Assembly (NCBI GenBank): GCA_963720755.1
Contig: CAVRGP010000015.1
Coordinates: forward strand, 384,001-448,000
DNA length: 64,000 nucleotides
Reading direction: 5' to 3'
Source: an uncultured Chloroflexia bacterium
Lineage (GTDB): Bacteria; Chloroflexota; Limnocylindria; Limnocylindrales; CSP1-4
This document shows, one piece after another, positions 20,582-29,599 of this stretch (position 1 is the stretch's first letter; each line of letters starts with the position of its first letter). The position numbers were made by a program, and so were the translations under genes. Below the pieces are notes generated by a model. It saw nothing but the letters and a program-made list of their open reading frames with translations, was not told where the DNA came from and searched no databases.

Positions 20582-22462
20582 ATGACCGACGAGACGATCA
20601 GCCTTGCGACGCCGTATCGGACGCACACCTGTGGCCAGTTGCGCGCCACCGACGCCGGCTCGACCGCACGATTGTCCGGGTGGGTCCATCGCCGGAGGGA
20701 TCACGGGCCGCTGATCTTCCTCGACCTCCGTGATCGCCACGGCATCACCCAGATCGTGATCGACAAGGCCGACGCCCCGACCGCCCACGAGCGAGCCAGC
20801 CGGATCCGTCCGGAGTTCGTCGTGTCGGTCGTCGGGTCCGTCGCCCCTCGGCTACCCGGCACCGAGAACCCGAAGCTCCCGACCGGTGCGATCGAGCTGC
20901 AGGCCACCGATGTCGAGATCCTGTCCGAAGCGAAGACGCCGCCGTTCTACATCAACGAGCCGGACGCTCCCGTCGACGAGATCGTGCGCCTCAAGTACCG
21001 CTATCTCGATATCCGCCGTGAACCGATGCAGGAACGGCTGATGTTGCGGAGTCGGATGGTCCAGGCGATCCGTGAGGTCCACCACGCGAACGGGTTCGTC
21101 GAAGTCGAGACGCCGACCCTCATCAAGAGCACCCCTGAAGGTGCCAGGGACTTCATCGTTCCGAGTCGGCTGCAGCCGGGCACGGTCTATGCCTTGCCCC
21201 AGAGTCCACAGCAACTCAAGCAGCTGCTGATGGTCGCGGGGATCGATCGGTATATGCAGATCGCCCGCTGCTACCGCGACGAAGATCTCCGCGGCGACCG
21301 ACAGCCGGAGTTCACCCAGCTCGACCTCGAGATGAGCTTCGTCGACGAGGTCACGGTCATGACCTTCGTCGAGGCGATGACCATTCAGGTCTCCCGAGCC
21401 ACAGTCCCGGAGCGACCGATCCTCCAGGTCCCGTTCCCGATCTTCACCTACGACGAGGTCCTCGAGCGCTTCGGGTCGGACAAGCCCGACGTGCGCTTCG
21501 GGATGGAGCTCGTGGATCTGGGGCCGGCACTCGTCGGAGCGGACGGGACGCAGTCATCGGGGTTCGCGGTCTTCGATGACACGCTTGCCGGCGGAGGGCG
21601 GGTCAAGGCGATCGTCGCACCGGGCATGGCCAGCGTGACCCGCCGGGAGATCGACGAACTGACCGAGCGGGCTCGCCGGTTCGGAGCGAAGGGCCTGGCC
21701 TACCTCGCTCTCGAGCCGGGCGGCAACGTCAAAGGCCCCATCGCCAAGTTCCTCGACGACGCGACGCAACGGGCGATCATCGACCAGACCGCAGCTGGCG
21801 AGGGGGACTTGATCCTGATCGTCGCCGATCGGCCGGCGGCGGTCGCCGATGTCCTGGGCCGCCTCCGAGTCGAACTTGGCGATCGGCTCGGACTGGCCGA
21901 TCCTGACGCGCTGGCCTACGTCTGGGTGCACCGGTTCCCGATGTACCAATGGGATCCCGAGCTCGGACGCTGGCACGCCACCCACAATCCGTTCTCCGGG
22001 GTCCTGCCGGAGGATGAGGCCCTGCTGGTCACCGCGTCCGGCGATCCGGCCGTGCCATCTGCGAACGATCCGGCTGGCCGTGCCCGGGCGCTCCAATACG
22101 ACCTGGCCCTCAACGGCTGGGAGCTGGGCGGTGGGTCGATCCGGATCCACCGTCGCGACCTGCTCGAGCGGAGCCTCCAACTGCAGGGTCACTCGATCGA
22201 GGCGATGCAGCAGAAGTTCGGCGCCGTCCTCGACGCCTTCGAGTACGGCGCACCGCCCCACGGAGGGATCGCGCTGGGCATCGATCGCTGGGCAGCGCTG
22301 CTCGCGCACCAGACGAACATCCGCGAGGTCATGGCGTTCCCCAAGACCCAATCGGGCGCCGACCCGATGCTGGAAGCCCCGTCTGTCCCGGAACCCGGCC
22401 AATACGACGAATTGGGTCTCCGCTTCGTCGGTCTCACCCAACGGGTGGAGGTAGGTCCCTGA
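20582..22462 (+). CDS. aspS: Aspartate--tRNA(Asp/Asn) ligase, probably non-discriminating
   Basis: YRTHTCG, RRRDHG, STPEGARDF, ALPQSPQ, RQPEFTQLD, PPHGGIALG. Confidence 0.96.
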   Translation: MTDETISLATPYRTHTCGQLRATDAGSTARLSGWVHRRRDHGPLIFLDLRDRHGITQIVIDKADAPTAHERASRIRPEFVVSVVGSVAPRLPGTENPKLPTGAIELQATDVEILSEAKTPPFYINEPDAPVDEIVRLKYRYLDIRREPMQERLMLRSRMVQAIREVHHANGFVEVETPTLIKSTPEGARDFIVPSRLQPGTVYALPQSPQQLKQLLMVAGIDRYMQIARCYRDEDLRGDRQPEFTQLDLEMSFVDEVTVMTFVEAMTIQVSRATVPERPILQVPFPIFTYDEVLERFGSDKPDVRFGMELVDLGPALVGADGTQSSGFAVFDDTLAGGGRVKAIVAPGMASVTRREIDELTERARRFGAKGLAYLALEPGGNVKGPIAKFLDDATQRAIIDQTAAGEGDLILIVADRPAAVADVLGRLRVELGDRLGLADPDALAYVWVHRFPMYQWDPELGRWHATHNPFSGVLPEDEALLVTASGDPAVPSANDPAGRARALQYDLALNGWELGGGSIRIHRRDLLERSLQLQGHSIEAMQQKFGAVLDAFEYGAPPHGGIALGIDRWAALLAHQTNIREVMAFPKTQSGADPMLEAPSVPEPGQYDELGLRFVGLTQRVEVGP

Positions 22463-22529
22463 TGGACCGCCCCGCTGCCCTCGGCGGGATCGGGACCACA
22501 CCGGTCGCGCGGCTGAGCGGGCTGCACAC

Positions 22530-23474
22530 CTGAACGAACAGCCGGGCCTTCTCGGCTGGTTCGCCGACCACCCTCGTCTGGCGGCGCTGCTCGGCGCGAC
22601 CTGCATCGCGTTTTCCGGGATCTTCTATCTGTATGCGGCGGTCTCACCGTCGACCGGGACGTTCTATCGGGCCGTATTCGGTCTTCCGATCCTCGTCCTC
22701 GTGGCCGTCGGCGAACACCGGCGCCACGGCCCACTGGCGCGTGAGACGGTCATCCTGGCGGCGATCGCCGGGATCTTCTTCGCCGGGGACCTGACGTTCT
22801 GGCACCACGCCATCGGCGCGGTCGGTGCCGGGCTCGCGACGGTGCTCGGCAACCTCCAGGTCGTCATCGTGGGCTTCTTCGCCTGGCTCCTGCTCGGGGA
22901 ACGCCCGTCGCGCGGCACGCTGCTGGTCCTGCCCGTGGTGCTCGGCGGGGTCATCCTCATCTCCGGGGTCGTCGGGCAAGGCGCGTACGGCGCGGACCCC
23001 AGGCTCGGCGTCATCCTCGGTATCGCGACGGCGTTCTGCTATTCCGGCTACCTGCTGATCATCCGCCGTGGTGGTCGTGACCCGCGTCGCCCGGCCGGGC
23101 CTGTCGCCGTCGCGACCGTCTTCGTGGCGATCTCGGCGTTCGTCATCGGCGAGGTCGTCGGCGACCTCGACCTGACACCTCCGCCGGCCAGCCTGTTCTG
23201 GCTGGCGACCCTGGGGATCACCGCCCAGTCGGCCGGTTACGTGCTGATCTCGATCGCCCTGCCACGATCTCCAGCGATCATCACGTCGGTCATCCTGCTG
23301 AGCCAGCCGGTCGTCACGATGGGGCTGGCAGTCGCCCTCCTGGGGGAAACGCCGTCGCCGACGCAATTGCTCGGCGTGGGTCTGGTGATCGGCGGCATCG
23401 CCGCCGCGACGGTCCCGGTCGCCCGGATGCGTGACGGGATCCAACGGTGGCGCTCGCCGGCCACCGGCGTCTGA
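22530..23474 (+). CDS. EamA/DMT transporter (start uncertain: CTG 22530 or frameshift from ATG 22462)
   Basis: Frame continues upstream of the ORF-track start with LAALLGATCIAFSGIF; LLGERP and LLGETP EamA repeats. Confidence 0.85.
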   Translation: MNEQPGLLGWFADHPRLAALLGATCIAFSGIFYLYAAVSPSTGTFYRAVFGLPILVLVAVGEHRRHGPLARETVILAAIAGIFFAGDLTFWHHAIGAVGAGLATVLGNLQVVIVGFFAWLLLGERPSRGTLLVLPVVLGGVILISGVVGQGAYGADPRLGVILGIATAFCYSGYLLIIRRGGRDPRRPAGPVAVATVFVAISAFVIGEVVGDLDLTPPPASLFWLATLGITAQSAGYVLISIALPRSPAIITSVILLSQPVVTMGLAVALLGETPSPTQLLGVGLVIGGIAAATVPVARMRDGIQRWRSPATGV

Positions 23475-23498
23475 CGCCCGAAGGCCGATCGCTCGGGA

Positions 23499-24164
23499 TC
23501 AGCTCGACGGCGGCTCGCTCAGTCCGGCTTCGGCAACGACATCGGCACCCCACTCATGGCGTTGGCCGTCGGGCGGGTCGGGCGGCCCTTCGTAGGGCGG
23601 GAGTTCATCGAAGGGCGTCTCCGCGCCGACGACGACGCCCGGGTCACCGACTTCGATGGTCCTGGCCGGCTGCGCGGCGATCAGGTCCTCGATCACGTCG
23701 CCTGGCATCCGATCCGTCCCGATCGACCGGAGCACGTCGAGCGCCGAGGTCGGGACGAGGACCGGCCAGCCTGGGTCCCCGTGCCACGCCGGCCGAAGGA
23801 CGCGCTCGCGGTCGACGCCGTGGGCTTCGATGAGGGTCGTGATGGTCTCCGGTCCGACCCAGGTCATACGGGCCGGCCAGATGAGGATGGCACCCGTCTC
23901 GGTCACCTCGGCGATCGCCAGGTCCGCACCGCGGATCATCTGGCCGACCGGCCCGGCCTCGACCGGGGCAGGGGAGCCGTAGCTCGCCTCGGATCCTGAC
24001 AGAGCCGCGGCCACCGCACCGTCCGGATCGGGCGACAGGACCACGACCGGGAGGGCGCCGCCGGACCAGGCGAGGTCGGCCAGTCGGCGGACCCGTGGCT
24101 GACCGAGAGTATCGGCCAATGCACCGTCGGCGGTCGCGGACAGGATGACGGCAGCGACGGTCAT
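23499..24164 (-). CDS. MobA/MocA-like nucleotidyltransferase-fold protein, degenerate
   Basis: MTVAAVIL start, GWPVL (cf. GHPVL), closing V.DPGV; lacks LAAG..R..K. Confidence 0.6.
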   Translation of the reverse strand: MTVAAVILSATADGALADTLGQPRVRRLADLAWSGGALPVVVLSPDPDGAVAAALSGSEASYGSPAPVEAGPVGQMIRGADLAIAEVTETGAILIWPARMTWVGPETITTLIEAHGVDRERVLRPAWHGDPGWPVLVPTSALDVLRSIGTDRMPGDVIEDLIAAQPARTIEVGDPGVVVGAETPFDELPPYEGPPDPPDGQRHEWGADVVAEAGLSEPPSS

Positions 24165-24311
24165 CCGTCAGTGACCGATGGCGGCGAGACGGGTCGAGGA
24201 TCGGACTGCCGGGAGACGGACACGACCGCAGGATACGGGCTGCCGATGGTCGCGGTCCAGATTCCATGGGACAATCGCGGTTCCCATCATCACGTGGAGC
24301 AGTATCGACCC

Positions 24312-26246
24312 GTGCCCGACACCCAGACCCAGGACCTTGCCGACGCGACCGCGATCCGCGCAGATCTGCGCAACGTGGCGATCGTGGCCCACGTCGACCA
24401 CGGCAAGACCACGCTCGTCGACGCGATGCTTCGCCAGACTGGCGCGTTCCGTTCCAACCAGGCCGTCGTCGACCGGGTCATGGATTCGGGCGATCTGGAA
24501 CGGGAGAAGGGGATCACCATCCTCGCCAAGCAGACGACCGTCGATCACGCTGGCGTCCGGCTGAACATCGTCGACACCCCGGGCCATGCCGACTTCGGCG
24601 GTGAGGTCGAGCGGTCGCTGCTCATGGTCGATTCGGTTCTTCTCCTGGTCGACGCCGCGGAGGGGCCGCTGCCTCAAACGCGCTACGTGCTGCAGAAAGC
24701 GATGGCCCGGCACCTGCCCGTCGTCGTCGCGCTCAACAAGATCGACCGGGGCGACGCCCGCCCGGCCGAAGTCCTCGACGATGTCTACGAACTGTTCATG
24801 GACCTCGGCGCGGACGCTCACCAGATCGAGTTCCCGATCGTGTACACGAACGCCAAGGCGGGCACCGCGACACGGGACCTGGCGACGCCCGGGACCGATC
24901 TCCGGCCGCTCCTCGACCTCCTCGTGGAGGTCACCCCACCGGTGACCTATTCGCCCGGCCACCCGCTCCAACTCCTGGTCACCAACCTGTCCGCGAATGA
25001 GTACGTCGGGCGGATGGCCGTGGGGCGGATCTGGAACGGATCGATCCGCACCGGACAGCGGATCGTGGTCGTCCGCGACGAGGCCGCCGACACCACCGGA
25101 GCGGTCGAGCCGGGGCGCACGATCACCTTGAGCGGGACCGTGACCAGCCTGCAGACCGCGCACGGCATCGACCGGGTCGATATCGAAGAGGCGGGTCCCG
25201 GCGACATCGTCAGCGTCGCGGGCCTGCCTGAGGTGACGATCGGCGACACGCTGACCGAGCCCGGCGATCCGCGACCGCTGCCGCGCCTCGACGTGGACGC
25301 CCCCACGCTGCGGATGACCTTCGGGGTCAACACGTCGCCGCTGGCCGGGCGAGAGGGAAAGTACGTCACGAGTCGTCAGATCAAGGCCCGGCTCGAGAAG
25401 GAAGTCCTGGGCAATGTGTCGATCGAGGTCCGCCCGTCCGAGTCGAGCGAGGCGTTCGAGGTTCGAGGGCGGGGTGAACTGCAGCTGGCCGTCCTGATCG
25501 AGCAGATGCGGCGGGAAGGCTTCGAACTCACCGCGTCCCGACCCGAAGTCCTGCTCCGCGAGGTTCGGGGCGAGCTGCAGGAACCGTACGAGCGGATCAC
25601 CATCGATATCCCACCCGAGTACATCGGCGAGATCCAGACCGCGTTGGCGGGCCGCAAGGGCCGGCTGGAGCAGATGTCCACGGACGCCGACGGCCGTGTC
25701 CGGATGGAATACGTCCTGCCCGTTCGCGGGCTCATCGGCTACCGCGGACAGTTGCTGACCGACACGCGCGGGACGGCGCTGCTCCACCAGATCGGAGAGG
25801 GGTATGGCCCGTGGGCGGGCGACGTCACCCACCGGACCAATGGCGTGCTCGTGTCCGACCGCGCCGGTACCTCCAATGCCTACGGGCTGTTCAATCTCGA
25901 GCAGCGGGCGACGCTGTTCATCGGCGCGGGAGTGGAGACCTACGAGGGCATGATCGTCGGCGAGAACAGCCGCTCGGGCGACATGGACGTCAATCCGACC
26001 AAGGAGAAGAAGCTCACCAACATCCGGACGCACTCCCACGACGAGTCGCTCCGCCTGACCCCTCCGAGACAACTGACCCTCGAGACGGCACTCGAATTCA
26101 TCGCCGGCGACGAGCTGGTCGAGGTCACCCCGCTGTCGATCCGGTTGCGCAAGCGGGCCTTGTCGCAGCACGAGCGCCGGCGAGAGATCGGCCGAGCCGA
26201 AGATCTTCGCCGATCGGCGGAGCGCGAAGGCGCCACCCCGGCCTGA
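24312..26246 (+). CDS. typA: Translational GTPase TypA/BipA
   Basis: [55 protein letters not shown]; GGAG before GTG 24312. Confidence 0.96.
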   Translation: MPDTQTQDLADATAIRADLRNVAIVAHVDHGKTTLVDAMLRQTGAFRSNQAVVDRVMDSGDLEREKGITILAKQTTVDHAGVRLNIVDTPGHADFGGEVERSLLMVDSVLLLVDAAEGPLPQTRYVLQKAMARHLPVVVALNKIDRGDARPAEVLDDVYELFMDLGADAHQIEFPIVYTNAKAGTATRDLATPGTDLRPLLDLLVEVTPPVTYSPGHPLQLLVTNLSANEYVGRMAVGRIWNGSIRTGQRIVVVRDEAADTTGAVEPGRTITLSGTVTSLQTAHGIDRVDIEEAGPGDIVSVAGLPEVTIGDTLTEPGDPRPLPRLDVDAPTLRMTFGVNTSPLAGREGKYVTSRQIKARLEKEVLGNVSIEVRPSESSEAFEVRGRGELQLAVLIEQMRREGFELTASRPEVLLREVRGELQEPYERITIDIPPEYIGEIQTALAGRKGRLEQMSTDADGRVRMEYVLPVRGLIGYRGQLLTDTRGTALLHQIGEGYGPWAGDVTHRTNGVLVSDRAGTSNAYGLFNLEQRATLFIGAGVETYEGMIVGENSRSGDMDVNPTKEKKLTNIRTHSHDESLRLTPPRQLTLETALEFIAGDELVEVTPLSIRLRKRALSQHERRREIGRAEDLRRSAEREGATPA

Positions 26247-26282
26247 CCGCTGCGGACAGGGGTACGGTGTACGATCGAGCGC

Positions 26283-27467
26283 ATGCCGATCTACCTTGAT
26301 CACGCCGCCACGACGCCACTTCGCCGGGAGGCGTTCGAGGCCATGCTGCCGTACCTCACCGAGTCGTTCGGCAATCCGAGTTCGATGCATACCTTTGGCC
26401 GGGCGGCCCGCGACGGGCTTGACCGGGCCCACGAGACGGTCGCTGGTCTGATCAACGCGCAGAGCCGTGAGATCGTCTTCACCTCCGGCGGCACTGAGGC
26501 GAACAACCTTGCCCTGAAAGGTGCGGCCTGGGCCGGCAAGGCGCGGGGTCACCGGATCGTTACCTCGGCTGTCGAGCACCATGCCGTCGCCCACGCCCTG
26601 CGCTACCTGGAGAAGTTCGGGTTCGAGATCGTCGAGTTGCCGGTCGATCGCTACGGCCGGGTGGATCCTGACCAGGTCGAGGCGAGCCTGAACGACAAGA
26701 CGATCCTGGTCTCGATCATGCTGGCCAACAACGAGGTCGGGACGATCCAGCCGATCGCCGAGATCGCGAGGCGGGTCCGGGGGCGCAAGGGCGTGACCCT
26801 CCATGTCGACGCCGTCCAGGCTGCCCCGTACGTCGATATCGACGTCGATGTCCTGGGGGCGGACCTCGTGTCGTTTGGAGCCCACAAATTCGAGGGACCG
26901 AAGGGCGTCGGTGCCCTATACGTTCGGCACGGGACGCACATCCTCGCGCAGCAGCAGGGCGGGACGCAGGAACGGCACCGCCGGGCAGGGACGGAGAACG
27001 TCGCTGGGGCGGTGGGTTTCGCCACTGCGTACGCGCTGAGTTGTGCCGATCGCCCGGACACCGTCCGCCGGCTCCGGACCCAGCGTCAACGCCTCGCCGG
27101 TGCCGTCCTGGCGGTGCCTGGCGTCGAACTGACCGGTCATCCCAAGGAGCGACTGGCCGGGCTGCTGTCGCTCGTCGCCCGTGACACGGATGGGGCGTCG
27201 GTCGCGATGGGTCTCGACCTCGAAGGGATCGCCTGCTCGGTCGGTTCGGCTTGCACGACCGGGTCGACCGAGGTGAGCCATGTGCTGACCGCCATGGGCT
27301 ACCCGGACGAAGAAGCGCGCGGCGCCCTGCGTCTGTCGCTCGGCCGGTCGACCACGGACGAGGAGATCGCCCAGGCTTGCGACATCGTCCCGCGGGTCCT
27401 TTCGTCGATGCGGCTGGGCACGGCCGTCGTGGTCGCGGACCCGCTCGGGCAGGGCGTGTCTGCGTGA
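26283..27467 (+). CDS. iscS: Cysteine desulfurase (IscS/NifS class I)
   Basis: [40 protein letters not shown]. Confidence 0.93.
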   Translation: MPIYLDHAATTPLRREAFEAMLPYLTESFGNPSSMHTFGRAARDGLDRAHETVAGLINAQSREIVFTSGGTEANNLALKGAAWAGKARGHRIVTSAVEHHAVAHALRYLEKFGFEIVELPVDRYGRVDPDQVEASLNDKTILVSIMLANNEVGTIQPIAEIARRVRGRKGVTLHVDAVQAAPYVDIDVDVLGADLVSFGAHKFEGPKGVGALYVRHGTHILAQQQGGTQERHRRAGTENVAGAVGFATAYALSCADRPDTVRRLRTQRQRLAGAVLAVPGVELTGHPKERLAGLLSLVARDTDGASVAMGLDLEGIACSVGSACTTGSTEVSHVLTAMGYPDEEARGALRLSLGRSTTDEEIAQACDIVPRVLSSMRLGTAVVVADPLGQGVSA

Positions 27468-28621
27468 GCCGGATCCTGGTCGCCATGTCGGGCGGCGTCG
27501 ACTCCTCGGTCGCGGCCGCCATGCTCCACGCGCAGGGCCACGAGGTCGTCGGCGTCTGGATGCGCCTCCACGACGCGGCTGACACGTACTCGGAATTCAA
27601 GAAGAGTTGCTGCTCGCTCGATGCCGCCGACGATGCTCGCCGGGTCGCGGCGCAGCTCGGTATCCCGTTCTATGTCATGAACCTCGAGCGTGAGTTCGAC
27701 GCAGGTGTTCTCCAGCCGTTCCTCGACGCCTACCTCGGTGGCGAAACGCCGTCGCCGTGCGTCGACTGCAACACGTACGTGAAGTTCGGTGCGCTGCTCG
27801 GTCGGGCTCGCCACCTCTATTCGTGCAATTCGGTGGCGACCGGCCACTACGCGCGACGCGACATCGGGCCGGATGGGCGGTCACGCCTCCTTCGAGCGCG
27901 AGACGCGGACAAGGATCAGACCTATTTCCTGTACGGGCTTCGCCAGGACCAGCTCGACCACGCCAGGTTCCCACTCGGTGACCTGACGAAGCCCGAGGTT
28001 CGCGATGTCGCCCGCTCACTCGATCTCGCGACCGCGGACAAGCCGGAAAGCCAGGAGATCTGCTTCGTGCCCGGCGGTGACTATCGCGAGGCCCTCCGCG
28101 ACCGAGCCGGCTGGGTACCCGAACCCGGGCCGCTGCTCGACGCCAACGGCGAACAGGTGGGTCAGCACGCCGGCGCCCCCGGGTATACGGTCGGCCAGCG
28201 ACAGGGTCTCGGTGTCGCGCTTGGTTCGCCGCGGTATGTCAGCCGGATCGACCCGCTGACCAATACGATCACCCTCGGACGGCGAGCCGACCTCGAGACG
28301 ACGACGATCGACCTGGAGCGGGTCAGTTTCGTGGCGGGCCAGTCGCCGGTCGGTACCGCAACCTTCCGGGCGGAGATCCGGATCCGGCATCGCGCCCAGC
28401 CGATCCCGGCGACGGTGCGTCCGGCCACGTCGGATGAGCCCGCCCGCGGCGGCAGGTGGGTTGCCGAGACGGATACTGCGGTCTGGGCGGCCGCACCGGG
28501 GCAGGCGGCTGTGCTGTATGACGGCGATGTCGTCCTCGGCGGCGGTCGGATCGCGCGACCGGTAGCCGACGGAGCTGCGGCCGCCGGCGGCGCGGACCTG
28601 CTCGTCGGCTCGCCGACGTGA
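27464..28621 (+). CDS. mnmA: tRNA 2-thiouridylase MnmA
   Basis: [43 protein letters not shown]; GTGA overlap with iscS. Confidence 0.95.
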   Translation: MSRILVAMSGGVDSSVAAAMLHAQGHEVVGVWMRLHDAADTYSEFKKSCCSLDAADDARRVAAQLGIPFYVMNLEREFDAGVLQPFLDAYLGGETPSPCVDCNTYVKFGALLGRARHLYSCNSVATGHYARRDIGPDGRSRLLRARDADKDQTYFLYGLRQDQLDHARFPLGDLTKPEVRDVARSLDLATADKPESQEICFVPGGDYREALRDRAGWVPEPGPLLDANGEQVGQHAGAPGYTVGQRQGLGVALGSPRYVSRIDPLTNTITLGRRADLETTTIDLERVSFVAGQSPVGTATFRAEIRIRHRAQPIPATVRPATSDEPARGGRWVAETDTAVWAAAPGQAAVLYDGDVVLGGGRIARPVADGAAAAGGADLLVGSPT

Positions 28622-28896
28622 CGATCGAACCGGCGTTCATCCTCGCCATCCTCGTCGGGATCTTCCACGCCTCCCTGTCCGTCCTCATTCGGGGCAGCGC
28701 CGGTGGCCGGCTCCCGATCATCGTCCTGGCGGCCATCGTGGGTGCGTGGGTCGGTGATGCCCTGGGTGGCCGGGCCGGTCTCAGCCTCTGGACGATGGGG
28801 GACTTCCACCTCGTCGCCGCCTCGATCGGTGCGTGGATCGGGATCGGCATTTCTTCGGCCGTCGCGATCCTCGGTCCCGCGAGGCGCCAGGCGTGA
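28618..28896 (+). CDS. Small Gly-rich membrane protein (about 3 TM)
   Basis: 92 aa hydrophobic ORF, GTGA-coupled to mnmA. Confidence 0.7.
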   Translation: MTIEPAFILAILVGIFHASLSVLIRGSAGGRLPIIVLAAIVGAWVGDALGGRAGLSLWTMGDFHLVAASIGAWIGIGISSAVAILGPARRQA

Positions 28897-29048
28897 GCGG
28901 ACGCGATGATCGACGCGCGAACAGCTCGTTCCTGCGGGGTCTGACACTGGGCGCGATCCTTGGCGCGATCGTCGCCGGGTCCTCCGTGTGGACCCGATGG
29001 CGGCACCGCCAGCGGACCCGGCCCACGGAAACGACCGCGAACGACTGA
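28893..29048 (+). CDS. Small single-TM protein (51 aa)
   Basis: GTGA overlap; SFLRGLTLGAILGAIVAG resembles a YtxH-like N-terminus. Confidence 0.6.
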   Translation: MSGRDDRRANSSFLRGLTLGAILGAIVAGSSVWTRWRHRQRTRPTETTAND

Positions 29049-29087
29049 CCCGTGTGGATCGCGACCTCGACTCTGGCTGGGCGGTCG

Positions 29088-29459
29088 TCAGCCGCCGCTG
29101 CCGGCGAGGAGCACGGCCACGAGGGCCGCGAACGCCGGCAGCGCCTGGACGACCAGGATCCGACGGCTCACGGTGACCGCCCCGAAGCAGCCGGCGACGA
29201 CGATGCAGGCGAGGAAGAAGACCGTGACCTGGAAACCCACCGGATCGGCCGCCAGGAGGCCCCAGACGAGACCGGCGACCAGGAAGCCGTTGTACAGGCC
29301 CTGATTGGCCGCGAGTGACGCCGAGCGGTCGGCGAATGGCTGGTCGGTCCCAAACGCCCGCATCCCTCGCGGGGTTCGCCACCAGACCATCTCGAGGACC
29401 ACGATGTAGAAGTGGATGGCGGCTACGACAAGGACCAGCCCGGTCGCGATCAGCGACAT
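29088..29459 (-). CDS. DUF1304 family membrane protein
   Basis: HFYIVVLEM, LAANQGLYNGFL, ILVVQALPA. Confidence 0.88.
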   Translation of the reverse strand: MSLIATGLVLVVAAIHFYIVVLEMVWWRTPRGMRAFGTDQPFADRSASLAANQGLYNGFLVAGLVWGLLAADPVGFQVTVFFLACIVVAGCFGAVTVSRRILVVQALPAFAALVAVLLAGSGG

Positions 29460-29599
29460 CGAGGGGCTCCTTCTCTTGCCGGGTATCCGGTGTCTCGGCG
29501 GTTCATCGGGTCTCCTGCTGGTGGCGGGTCACCCGAGGATACGGACCGGCCGCAAGCACCGCCTCGCTCGAGTGGGTCGGTTCGCTACCATTGCTCTCG

